NCBI GenBank assembly: GCA_054661495.1 | Contig: BAAFSQ010000065.1 | Span: forward strand, 13,120 to 45,119 | DNA: 32,000 nt | Source of the DNA: Zygophlyctis sp. KS116 | Taxonomy: Eukaryota > Fungi > Chytridiomycota | Reading direction: 5' to 3' | Part shown: piece after piece, positions 1-16,546 of the stretch | Position numbering within the stretch: the stretch's first letter is position 1 | Layout of the letters: every line of letters begins with the position of its first letter | Notes under the pieces: model-generated | Databases searched by the model: none | What the model saw: only the letters and a program-made list of their open reading frames with translations | Told to the model about the DNA's origin: nothing | Made by a program: the position numbers and the translations under genes

Positions 1-2423
1 CTGGTATATAATGTCATTGGTATTACAAGTGGAAAATAATGATCCAAATTCTTTAATGCTGCTGACTCTAGGAGAAAAAATGATGGATAAAAATATTGAA
101 TCTGGGAAATTAAAGACTTTTGAAGGTTTTAATAACTGAAATTAATTATTTAGAATTGGACTTGTTTATTCAAATTTTAGAAAAGCAAGATAAGTGGGGG
201 AAATTAAAAAATTCTTTAATGTTGAGTCAAGTGCGAGATTTGATAAAGGTTGAAAAGGATTTGAAATCTTTAAATATAAGAGTAGAAATGCGACTTAAAG
301 ATTATAATCAAGCTTTAAGTGATTCTGCCAATCTATTGCAAGAATTTGTGGATGATTGGAAATTTTATGAAACTTTCGTGACATGTTTATTTGAAATGTT
401 TACAACCCCGTAAGAAATTATCAACTGAAAAAAAGTGCTGAAATTTTGGATCATGGTCTGAAAGTTATTCGAAGGGCTCAAACTATGGAATCTAATTCAA
501 AAAGCGTTGTAAGAGGTCCTTTTCTCGCTGAAATGTATCTTTACCAACAGCTTCTGTTAAAAATGGGTATAAGAATTGATTAATAATCTTAGAATATCGC
601 CAAAATGAACACTTTTTAGACTTGATTCTTAAATACACGGATCTTTTCGGGGTTTTGCCAATTTACTTCAATGATATTAAACCTTTTTTGGCCTATTTAG
701 AAAACTGTTTCACTGATTTGATAGAACAACTGCAAAAAAAGGTTACTACGGTATAAATAGGAAATATAATATTAGGATTTGTCAATCACTAGCATTAGAA
801 AGCACATCAATATTCAGAAGATAACTTATTACTTTTCTGGATCCAAGAGCTTTGAAGATCAAAAGCACATGATTTCTGGCTGGATTGAAATGTATAAGAA
901 ATCTCTTAGCTTGGGTAGCATAGAATTATTTTAATTTATCTAGGATTGGATCTTGACGAGCGGGAAATGCAATATGGTGATGATTACATTTTACTGGCTT
1001 TGCTCTTATTATTAAAAGAGTATTCTATGGATCGTGGTAGTTTTCAATTAATTTAATACCATAGGCAAGAAGCATATTTTATTTAGCTGTCTTTTAATAT
1101 TGGAATACGCATTGGAAAAAAGCAAATTCAATTTTTATTTCAAAATAGTCATGGTTCGTATATATTTAGAGCTTAATGCATATTCGAGAGCTGCTGAACT
1201 TTATGAAAGCTTAGATATCAAACAAATCCAGCATGAGTCACTATCGTAAGCATTTTCATATCACTAATTTCTCATAGGTATTTAATAACCGATTTTTGCC
1301 ATATGACTGGTTTTTATTCAAAGGCTAGGGATATACTTCTTTCTGCTCAGTCGATTTACAGCAATAATATGCGGGAGGTAAGTATTGTCTATGTAAACTG
1401 TATATAGACGCCAGAAATGATGGTGCAGGCGTTTAAATTTGGAACTTATTCTAAAATTTCTGAATTCCACCAGTTCTTCCTACAAATTGATCAATCACTC
1501 AACCGTCAAATATTGAGGTCTCAATTGATTATGAATGACCTGATTTATCGGTGTAATTCTTGGAATGATACTTGCCAATTACTGGATACTGTAGATGGAG
1601 AGTTTATTCAATCAAATGTTACATTGCTAAAAAAGAACAGAGATTTTTCTGTTATCCCTCATTTTGCCCAAGATTCTGATCCTTCTCTGTTGGAGCTAAT
1701 CCATGGTGATTCTGATTTAGAATCCGTATATTTTTACAGTAACTAACTTCATAGGCTGGGATTCTTGATTTTACTAAATTATATTGTAAAATATTAATGA
1801 GTTGGCGATCAAAAGACGAATCAAAAATCAAAGCAGCTTTAAATGATCTGAAGAATTTGGAGCTGTCTCAGATTAAGGCCTCAGATAAATCAACTATAGA
1901 AATCATGATTTTTTTCACTGAAATTTTAATTAGCGTTCATAGCGAAGAAAATATCAAGTTTGATCTCATATTAAATTTTGTAAACCAAAAGAAGCGTAAG
2001 CCTTTATGCATTAAATATTAGATATTTCCATCATTCGCAATATCTTTGATTCTAGGGATATTTATTCAAAGTTACAGGTATTTATTTTCTTTTTGATAGC
2101 CAGAGTTTACAGACCATTTCGACAGCAATCCAGGTACTCTCAGATGATTCACAAAAAAATCTCAAGGGACAATACGCAGAACTCAATAAATCTGTACGAC
2201 AATTTCAAAGAAGCATGCTAGAAAACATCACTCAGAAAATGGAAATCTTGAAAAACTCATCTTTAACGGCTGACACAGTTTTGTTTAGCGACTTATTTGA
2301 TACACTTATTGTTGGAAATGATCGAATTAAAGAGCGTATCTTGATAAACTTTGAAAACAGTTGGTTTAAATCACTTTCAGAAATTCAATCAAGTTTACAC
2401 TCCAAAATCAATAAACTGGCTAG

Positions 2424-2427
<4 letters not shown>
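1..2427 (+). CDS. NAA25: NatB N-acetyltransferase auxiliary subunit (Naa25/Mdm20), 5'-truncated by the window edge, ~11 tiny introns
   Basis: Spliced translation gives WYIMSLVLQ, DDWKFY, RGPFLAEM, EMQYGDDYILLA, LDIKQIQHESL and ETPEMMVQAFKFGTYSKISEF, which match recalled Naa25/Mdm20 motifs. Stop TAA at 2425-2427. Confidence 0.85.
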
Positions 2428-4325
<1,898 letters not shown>

Positions 4326-4385
4326 TTAAGCTTTTGAAAAATTTAAAAAGTGTCAGGTCAAGGTTGCAACTTGAAAAACTTGAAA

Positions 4386-5374
4386 ATGATTATAATTCTA
4401 GACTCTGGGCCAATCATCAAGGGAAATCTACAATTTGACATTCAAAATGATTCATTATTTACAGTTCCACAGGTTCTTTCTGAAATCAGAGATGAAAAAT
4501 CAAAGGAAAACTTGGAAAACTTGAAAAACTGGAATTTAGTAGTTAAAAATCCAAACTCTGAATGCATTCAGGAAATTATTAATTTTGCTAAAAAAACTGG
4601 AGATTTGGCATCTCTCTCAAAAACTGATATAAGAGTCCTAGCACTCGCCCTTGAAAAAGAAAAGGGCCTTGGTTCTAATGTTGTAAAAACAGAGTTTACC
4701 ACTAGGATTTCAAATGGAGAGAAAAAAGAAAAAGTTGCTGATGGGGAATGGATTACACCTGAAAATATTGGGTCTGTGATTGAACCTATGGAATCGGAGC
4801 AAGTTGAGGTCGCTTGTTGTACGACAGATTTTGCAATGCAAGTAAGGATATAAAATATCTTATGAATTAGAATATTCTTCTTCAAATGAAGTTAAATTTA
4901 GTTACAGTTGATAAAGTTCGTATTTCAAAAATTAAAAATTGGGTTCTAAGGTGTCATGCTTGCTATAAAATTACAAAAGATATGGACAAGGTGTTTTGTC
5001 CTTCCTGTGGAAATAATACACTTTTAAGGACTAGTTATTCGATTGGGAAAGATGGAGATTTGATTCTTTATTTAAAGAAAAACTTTCAATATAATAATAG
5101 GGGATGCAAGGTACTCTTAATCCTTTATATAACATTTCAGTACGCTATTCCTTTGCCCAAAAGTGGTAGAAATTCCACAGATATGATACTAAGGGAAGAT
5201 CAAAAAGAATATCATAAAGCATTAAAAAATTATCAAAGACAAAACAAAATAACGGATCCTTTTGATTTAGATTTTATGCCATTAGACAATATTTCAAAGC
5301 AACATCTTGGGAAGCCTCGAATTGGGCATGGGAGGAGAAATGTTAACGAAGTGCATGGAAAACGAAGAAAATAA
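4386..5374 (+). CDS. NOB1: 20S pre-rRNA endonuclease Nob1 (PIN domain + Zn ribbon), introns 4842-4870 and 5111-5140
   Basis: IILDSGPII, FAKKTGDLASLSKTDIRVLALA, GEWITPEN, TTDFAMQN, LRCHAC...FCPSCGN. Confidence 0.96.
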
Positions 5375-5377
5375 ACT

Positions 5378-7683
<2,306 letters not shown>

Positions 7684-7745
7684 GTCTGAATTTTAACAAA
7701 GTACTTCTGAATTTGTAGAGCCAGAATTTTCTCTTTTGACTCTTT

Positions 7746-7812
7746 AGACTCTCATTGCTCTACAGACTCTCACAATAGTCAAAAACTCTAAAAACAACTC
7801 TAAAAACAACTC
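7746..7812. repeat. Short direct/tandem repeats in the GFA1/PRP28 divergent promoter
   Basis: agactctca at 7746 and 7764; aactctaaaaac at 7784 and 7796 plus a partial third copy. Confidence 0.6.
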
Positions 7813-7826
7813 AATAGCTTAAGGAA

Positions 7827-9708
7827 ATGGATAAAATAAAGTTTCTGTCAAGAGAAGAAAGAGCCAAACTGGTTTTTGAAAAGACACAGCTACAAAAGGA
7901 AAAGTGTGTTCCTCAAAAGAGGTCGTTTAGCAGTGACTGGAAGGAAGAGGAGTTGCAAGGACTGCAAAAGAGATACATGGGAATACAAGACAAGAAACCA
8001 AAAAAGATTAAAAAGGCTTCTGATAAAAAGTTTGTGTTTGATTGGGATAAAGAGGAAGATACTTCTCAGAATACAGAGTCTTTTGGAGAATACAAGTCTT
8101 CTATACTAGGAAGAAGTTGGATTGGAGGTCTAGATCCAAGTTCTCAAGCTAAAGAAAGATCTGAAATTTATCAAAAGGCTCTTAAAGATCGAAAAGATTC
8201 TTGTTTTTCTCTCTTTGTAAAGGCAAAGGAAGATGAGAGACATTGGTCGAAAAAGAGTTTAGAGGAAATGACTCTTAGGGATTGGAGAATTTTAAGAGAA
8301 GATTATGAAATTGCAATCAAGGGAAAAGATTTACCAAATCCTCTTAGATCTTGGGAAGAATCTAGAATTCCTGAAAAGATTTTAAAAGTTATTAGAAATG
8401 TTGGGTATAAGGAACCTACTCCAATTCAAAGAGCTGCTATTCCTATAGGTATTTTATATTTTTGGATTTAAAAAATATAGGATTGGAAAATAGGGATTTA
8501 ATAGGGATTGCAGAAACAGGTTCAGGGAAAACTGCGTCTTTTGTGATTCCAATGTTGACTTTTATTTCTAATTTACCGCCAATAAATGATTCAAATTATC
8601 ATTTAGGGCCTTATGGACTGATTTTGGCTCCAACAAGAGAATTAGTACAACAAATTGAATTAGAGACTAATAAGTTTGCTAAAGGATTGAATTTTATTGC
8701 AGTCTCTTTGGTTGGTGGTCATAGTATTGGAGAACAGGCTTTTAATTTAAGAGATGGAGCACATATAGTAATGTAAGTTTTTAACTCTCTTATTCTAGTG
8801 CAACACCGTAATTTTAGGTTTTGACTCATTTAATAGGGGTAGATTGGTTGATATGTTGGATAGAAGAGTACTTGTACTTAATCAATGTACAACTCTTGTA
8901 CTAGATGAGGCAGATAGAATGATTGATTTGGGATTTGAAGAAGATATGAATTTCATACTAGAGCAACTAGCGTCTTCTCCACTACAGAATTTATCTAATT
9001 CTCGTCAAATGGTAATGTTTTCAGCTACAATGCCTCCGCCTGTTGAAAGACTAGCTAGAAAGTTTTTAGATAAACCTGCTATAATTAATGTAGGAACAGT
9101 TGGAAAAGCCGTTGATACTATTCATCAAATTGTAGAAATGATGGCTGATGGTAAATTTTAAAAAATATTTAATCCAATTAGACAACTTTAAAAGATCTAG
9201 ACTGTCAAAGATTCTATCTTCTGGAGAGTATGATTCTCCAATTATTATATTTGTAAATCGAAAAGCAAATTGTGATATAATCTCAAAAGTTGTAGAAAAA
9301 CTAGGATATCGTGCGGCTACATTACATGGAGGGAAATCACAAGATCAAAGAGAGTCTGCTCTTCTTTCTGTCAGATCTGGAAAAAAAGATATTCTAGTTG
9401 CAACTGATGTCGCTGGACGTGGTATTGATATAAAAAACGTCTCTCTAGTTTTAAATTACGATATGGCTAAAAACATTCAAGACTATACCCATAGAATCGG
9501 TAGAACTGGACGTGCTGGAAAAAAAGGAACTGCAATTACATTTCTTACAATGGAAGATTCTGAAACTTTTTATGATTTAAAACAAGCTCTTTTAAAGTCG
9601 CCAAATTCTGTAATTCCACCTGAATTATCAAGACACGAGGTAATAATTTCCCCCAACTTAAAATAGGCTGCTCAAACAAGATCTGGAACTGGAAAGGCTA
9701 TTATTTGA
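7827..9708 (+). CDS. PRP28: DEAD-box splicing helicase Prp28/DDX23, introns 8449-8480, 8773-8798, 8808-8836, 9151-9181, 9640-9666
   Basis: [50 protein letters not shown] (split by a microexon), [19 protein letters not shown]. Confidence 0.96.
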
Positions 9709-10001
9709 AAAGCCTTGATCTACTACCAAATTTATTGGAATCAAATGATGGCTGATAATCCAATTCTAAATATGAAGACTTGGTCCTATATTTTAGAAAT
9801 AATAATTTACAAATATTCAGATTTGAGTGAAATTAACTTGAAATTTTTAATCAATGGAAGCCCAATTACAGAGATTACTAGTCCCCAGTAAGTTGCAAGA
9901 TCAGATTTTAAAAATCCCGAAGCTCCAATCAAGACCAACCCAAACATTAACAATCCAATTCCAATAGCTTTTTGCATCCAAAGAGGAAATTCATTTTGCA
10001 T
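9701..10001 (-). CDS. Small hypothetical membrane protein (~90 aa, two predicted TM segments), intron 9786-9810
   Basis: ATG at 10001 and two hydrophobic stretches (AIGIGLLMFGLVLIGASGFL; YWGLVISVIGLPLI). A 25-nt GTAAAT...TAG intron keeps the frame open to ...SRSRLFK*. No family recognised. Confidence 0.6.
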
Positions 10002-10034
10002 TTCTACAGTCAAAGGCTAGGTTGAACCATACAA

Positions 10035-10717
10035 ATGATAAGATTTCTTACTGTAAATTTGCTAATCTTTGGTTTATCTAGCGCTCAATCATTTGTTCAA
10101 GATATTGATCAGGGAGTTGATGCATCAATAGAAATTGTTGGCCCTCAACTAAATTCTGCAATCAGATCAGCAGCTAAAGACACATGTTTATCTGATTGTA
10201 AAAATGTTTCAAACATTATTTCAGAGTCTTTTGAGATCTATAGTCTAGAATCATACCGCTCACTCTTAAAACATGAATTGTTTTCATGCATCCATTCTGC
10301 TCCTGTAATGAAAATTAATGAATCTAGAAAAGACTACGAGTCTCGAATTTTGAATTATTCAATTAAACAAGCACAAAATATTCAAAAGTCATTGATTGAT
10401 CATACTGGTCAAACATGGAATGCCTGGCGGGAAAGTGATTTTGGGTATTTTTCTAAAATTGTAATTGTAGGGATTTGATACAATTCAAGAGGAAAATGAT
10501 GTCGCCGACAATCTTGAACAAATTATCAGTAAACTTGATTGCTCTTTCTTTAGCTTATCCTGCATACAGATTGTTAAATATTGTAAACAGAAACTTGTTT
10601 ATGATAAGCTATGCACTTGGTATTCTTATACTGAATAAGATTTTATTTGGGATTTGGATTCGTCCGAGACGGCTAAAGACAAAGAAACGCAGAATTCGTA
10701 AAAGGCCTGTTGCCTAG
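10035..10717 (+). CDS. Hypothetical protein with signal peptide, two C-terminal TM segments and a basic tail, intron 10461-10489
   Basis: MIRFLTVNLLIFGLSSA signal-like N-terminus. A 29-nt GTAATT...AAG intron joins the two ORFs in frame. Tail RPRRLKTKKRRIRKRPVA. Confidence 0.65.
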
Positions 10718-10720
10718 AGC

Positions 10721-11076
10721 CTAAAATATTTTGAATAATATTGAAATAATCACAAAAGAGATTACTAGTCCTGCAATAATTCTCCACATATTTGATCCTT
10801 GCATTACTTGGAATCTTAAATTAGATAATGTCCTCTTTATAGAAACTTCAAAAGCGTCAAAACTCTCTTGTAGACCATGCAATTGTTCATTTTGAGATTC
10901 CAAATCTTCATGAATGGAAAGTGTTACCTAGATTTATTCTTTAAAGAAATACTTGTTTAATCTTTGAGACTCGAGTAAATAAAGCGTCTACTTGTGAATC
11001 ATTCTGACTCTCTAAAAGTCTCTCATTGGGGCCTCTTTAGTCAGTAAATTGTTAATTACGATGACGACGGATTCAT
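10721..11076 (-). CDS. BET1: Bet1-like Qc t-SNARE, 2 tiny introns
   Basis: LESQNDSQVDALFTRVSKIKQVTLSIHEDLESQN SNARE coil followed by a C-terminal TM anchor. Confidence 0.85.
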
Positions 11077-11138
11077 GACCTGTTAAACCTAAACTAAAGC
11101 TTTAAAGTCTGCAAGACAACATGTTCCACTGTAAAAAT

Positions 11139-14100
11139 CTAATCAACATCTTTAAAATCTCCAAAAAGAATTTCCTCGAGCGTAGATGGAGGACAATCGT
11201 TTAAATCCAACAGTGAAAAATAATTATGTGCACTCAAGTGTGTGAAGAAATGGCACAATTCACTTCTTTCAGTAATGGTTCGTAATGCAAGAAGAGGTCG
11301 TGAGTGGCCTAAATATCCGCGATTTCGAAGATTAGTAGAAGCATCTGGATTGTATTCCTGGCATTCAGATGAAAGACGATCAATTAGCGCAATTTGTCTG
11401 CTTTCTGAATCGTTTATATCAAAACTTTCAGTGATAAAGATCCAGCGATGTAATTCAAGCTCTTCTCTTTTAAGTAAGAGTGCGGTCTCCAGGAATTTAC
11501 AAGCTTCTAATAAAGATTTTAGATACTCTTTCTCTTCTCGGAGAGAGTTTGCAAAACAACTAATCTATTTTTTTAGAGAAAAAAATTACCATTGCACTAA
11601 GAATTAATGCCCAAAAATGAATGGTATATTTTGGTGTTATTTTAAGTAGTAAAACACGCAAAAATCTAAAAGATTCTGCGTTAAGATCATCTGAAAATGA
11701 TTTAAATGATTCTACTAAAGCTTTTTGAAGATCTGGTAAATGATATCTAAATGTGTCGAGAGGACAAACAAGCATCGTGAAAGATATTCTTTGCCAAAAA
11801 GTAATTTTTTCAGATTCTTGGTCTCTAAATAAAAATGACGAAGTTTGAGAGCTAGTGAGTCCTTCTGTAAATGTTTTAAAGGTGTCCAATGTGATGATTA
11901 AAGGCAAAATATTTCGCCATTTTTCAAGACAACAGTTTCTCATCCTAAAAAAATTCTTGTCCATAAAGAAGGCTATAACATCCTTTTTCCAAATGCTTAT
12001 GTGAGAGGAAAATAAAAGATTCATTTGTATAAGAAGGTTGAAAGTGGCTTCAAGATATTCATGCCAATATAAATGTTTTAATGCTTTGCAAAAAATGCTT
12101 GAATTGAGTTTTGATAAGATTTGGGTAATCATTTCATCTGGCGGTGAAAGTTTCTTTAAGCATGGCAGTACGGAATTACTGAGCACATCTATTGACTAGA
12201 ATGAGAAGTTTAAAAATTACCGATATAATTGTGTTTTTATTTTCTACAGTGATTTCTTCGGATGGTTCTTTGAGTTTCGCATCTTGATTAATTTTTTCAA
12301 TTTTCAAATCTAGCAACTTTAAAAAAATTTCCAAAAACTCTTTTTTTTCAGTTGTTCCCTCCAAAAAGGAAGCATCTATACAATTACTGAGGCTAAGAAG
12401 CAGTCTTTCGGGATGAAAATTACAAAATATTTACCGAAATGAAAAATGTCCAATCTCGTCCGTCATCACTCCTAATCCATTGAAACTAGCAATGAAAAAA
12501 TGCAAACTCTTCCACATTTTGATTGCCCGTGAGGAGTCAAAGCAGTTGAGTATGATTCCATCCAGCAATATAAAATCCTTCTTCAATTTATCACTAATCG
12601 GATTAAATAAATATAGAACCTACTTTTTTTCTCCGCTTACAGCTATATCCGTAATTTTCTTCATAATATCTGTTAAAAGTAACTCTATATTTCCAACTGA
12701 TAGAATTGAATATAGAAGTTTACAAAAATTATGCTCATCCTAACTTTAAAAAACCTCATTATTACCTCTATTATATCCATAAATATCGTGTTTTCAAAAC
12801 ATAGGTCCCATGCGGTCATAATTGAATCACAAGCATAATCCGATTCTAATTTGAAAATTGATTCAAAGAATTTTATAATTCGGTACCTTAGAGTCGACAT
12901 ATAATTCTTGATCTTAATGTCTTGAATATCAACTGTAGAACAATAGTAGAACAAAAAACTTAACTCACAGACAATCATAGGCACGATATACTGCATGGAT
13001 GTGTTATTTTCTTCGGTTTGAAAGTTTGACGGAATAGACTCTGTCCAAGAAAACATGTCGCTCACCAAACCCCCACTAGGGTCAGCTACATATCCAACAT
13101 TCACCGTCCTATCATCCGTTTGCACTCTTCCTTTTGATGATTTCTGCTTAGTTATATAATAAGCTAGAATTCTCTCGGCCACAAATACCAAGATCGGTAA
13201 ATCAGGTGGAGGATTTTCTGGTATGTTTTCTTTCCGAAATAGAGGAGATCGAGAAAGATGTAATTGCGTACATATACATGATAATAATTTAGTTATGGCA
13301 TATTCATAGTCTGGATGTAGTGGAAGTACTGTCAAAACATATTCAACCCAAAACTGTCGAAAACTGAAGTTTTCCATTCGTGATTGAGTTGTGATCATAA
13401 TGGATAAATTCAGCTCCATTACTAAATGATGAACTTTAATTATTTACCTCTTTCAAGTGATTCGTTGACTAAAGAATTTTCGAGTCGTTGACTTATATCA
13501 ACTCTTCTTCGATCAAAAATCTTCGTCAATAGATGGCCGATTGACAGCTGTAAAAAACTCTGATTAGACAAAACCTCTTTGCAAAGAGACTTGGAGGCTG
13601 AGAAAATAGTGAAATCAATCAATTCAGATGAAATACTGAGCCTTTCGGTCGTGAATATTGAAGATAGAAGATTGCAAGCATTTTCTTTTACCAAAACCAC
13701 TTGGCTGCACTTTTGATTATCATCTTTGAACATTTCGGATTCAATATACCTGTATAATTATCTGTTTAAAATAACATACAATGAAGAAATAAAAATAATG
13801 TGATCCAGAATAGTATGAAGATTTTTAGAGATTGAAGGATGGGTGATTGAATTGATTATGTATGACTCTGTGTTAACTTTGGAAGAAAATGCCCTCAGCA
13901 CGTTCTTCGGACTGAATTTAATGAGATTATGAATCGAATGAATACAATAATTGACTCTTGAAAAATCTAAAGGCGAGGAAAAGTGACCAATGATTTCAAT
14001 TGAGTTGTCTAGCGTAATTTCCTTAAATTCCAAGGAAACGTTGAATAACACGTTCAGAAACGGTGTGACGATTGCGCAATAAGTCCTATTCGTCTGAAGC

Positions 14101-16406
14101 CATCGTGACGCACATAGCCGCAGTTCGGGATCATTATGATGCAGATAGTCAAGAACCAAAGTTAACGGTCTGAATAAAACACTACTACAGACTTTCAAAC
14201 GGGAATCTACCATTTTAATTTGTGAAAAATACCATCCAAATGTGTAATGTAAAAAAATGCAGAGAATTTTTTCAGATTTAATTGAGGAGATGAGATGATC
14301 AGTTGAGCGATTGTATTCTCTATCAAATAAGTGCTTTTGTACAATTTGAACAATTTCCAGAGGTTATCAGTAACTTTAGAATGTAAATTTTCATGCTCTT
14401 CGTCTAAATATCGCCAGAACTGTAGTTTGAAATGAGCGAAAAAATACCTTTATAAATGAATCAGTTATGTAATGATTATAATGCTGAGGCTGAGCGCAAT
14501 TTGTATCTAGATGTATAATTATGGTTAAGAAACTATCTAATATATTAAATGATGTAACCTATAAATTAAGCCAGAAAAATACCATTGACGCGGCATTAAT
14601 TAAAAGTGCCTGCACTTTTAGCTTTGCATCATCTGATAATGAATAATGTTTCAAAAATAGAGCCCATATCTGCTGGCTTTTATAAATAATATCTACACCC
14701 TCCGTTGTCTCTAGCAGTGTATTGTTACTGAGTTGCAACACGATTTCTGAAAAAATATCTGAAAAATACATCAGAGCTTGAGCCATTAGCTGATTTCCAA
14801 CGGGCAAGCCCCTCTCAAATATATCAGAATTAGAATCTTCATAAAAATCAATCGCAGAACTAGAAATTGAATCCAAATCCCATGATGTTTGGATGGCATT
14901 ATTGGAGCTTGTGTCATTTGATACAGCATTTTGGACTAGTTGATCCAGAAAAGTATAAATTCCGGTTAGAAGCATATGTTTAGAGCTTTGGCAATGCTTT
15001 TGGATAAATTTATTCCTGAATTACCTTTAGTAAATATATATATCTAATAATCATAAAAGGAAAGTGTATGCTGTATATTTGCGGTCCTTTCCATGAGAAA
15101 TCTGATATCAAGAATATGGCAGCTCTGTTCAACTCTTCAACTTTTAAATGTTTTGTAACATGAAAATGCTTCCATATTTCAAAGGGACTGATGAGCCTAA
15201 ATAACTGATTCAACGCCTGAACAAACCCCTATTAAATTATTTAAAAAAATTACCTCTGAATTTGACTCCATACTCTGAACTGTGAGCAAAAAAGTAAAAA
15301 ATGTGCCTGAAAATACAGGTATCCCAATAGCTTCCTTATCTTGCAAAGAAGACACTATATTAATAGCGATTTGTAGAGAATCTTTCAGTTCCTATCTGTT
15401 ATACTCCAATCAAAACTACCTTTAAACAGTCAACAACTTGAATAGTAACCTCTAGAGTCAACTGCTCGGTATTTTGTCCAGAAGAAGAATTCTGTACCAA
15501 TAACCAAGAATATAATCGCCTATTTAGCGACATATCCCTTCTTAAAACCGTTTTTAAAGCTGAAAATATCAGTACATTTGAAAGATTCTTAAAATAATTT
15601 CGACATGATTCAAAAGGTAGATATTTCAATAGAAAATCTAAAGCATTCCTTTGTACCAAAACCGAAGAATCCGTCAAAGACTCTGAAATAGCTCTAACCA
15701 TGAGCGCAGGCTCGCTTCCAATCAGAATCCCAATATCCTCCTTTGAAAACTGATTTCCCAATTTCTTTAATAGAAAAACAAGACCATTAAACCTTGATCT
15801 TGGACTTGAAATAATCCCAATCCAAAGACAATGATAAAAATAAACTTCTCCTAAATTCCTACATAGATCATCTAGAATACAATAAGCCTTTTCAGAAATT
15901 TCATTTTCTTCTTCAAAACCGGGAAGAAGAGCCAAAATTAAACCTTTTAGACACGGTCTTAAATCATCTCCCAGTGGTAAATAGTACTTTTGATAGATCT
16001 CTAGTAGAGCTGGCTAATATTTTAAAAAATGTAATTACTTTAACAGTAACCGATGCATCATGCAAAAAAGCAAAAAGCCCAAGACTCCATAATGGAAGAT
16101 CCGCCACCAACTGTTTTCTTTGAGCGTCTAACGTTAAAATATGAAATTACGTGCAAAAATTAAAGAGTAAACTTCAAGTGTTTTCTGATGTACTCCAGAG
16201 GGCAAAGCAGGATTTAGACATTGCGCTAATCTCTTTGAAATAAGATTTTTCCTTGGGAGAGATAAACAATTTGGAAGGAAATTTGAGAGTATTTTATGGA
16301 TTTTTGTCAGAAATTCAATTACATCCGCCCAGTCCGAAACCGAATCAAAGGAAGAGAGTGCAACTTCTAGAGCGGAAGTAAACTTTTTAAGATTATGTTC
16401 CTGCAT
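11139..16406 (-). CDS. DOP1: Dopey family protein, many tiny introns
   Basis: SFDSVSDWADVI, KRLAQCLNPALPSGVHQKTLEVY, LVQRNALD, LRRDMSLNRRLYSWL, C-terminal LLEACKFLE and RPLL. Confidence 0.95.
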
Positions 16407-16451
16407 TTTCTTGATTATTAAAAGACTTTAGAATACCAACTTTTGACAGTC

Positions 16452-16546
16452 AAAAAGGTCTTGGTCAAGCGTTGAGTCGTTGAATTCGCCAAATGTCCGA
16501 AACTAACGACTAAGCCCCGAGTTAAAACCCCGAATCAACGCTAACC
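16452..16546 (-). ncRNA. Candidate structured RNA (three-way junction followed by a T5 run), family not recognised
   Basis: Nested complementary segments in the DOP1/RMD1 intergenic gap; see findings. Confidence 0.25.

Noticed and set aside
4568-4885. Antisense and alternate-frame ORFs in the track (also 5233-5433, 6033-6356, 6480-6662, 7876-8109, 11242-11607, 12480-12743, 17120-17386, 18842-19048, 20500-20772, 21613-21846, 22281-22463, 27094-27591, 27905-28345, 31113-31337)
   Set aside because: They are shadows of well-supported genes on the other strand or frame, with no recognisable motifs.
16508-16525. ggggctta on the minus strand, resembling RNase MRP CR-V
   Set aside because: No matching GAAAGTCCCC CR-I upstream, and the space is too short.
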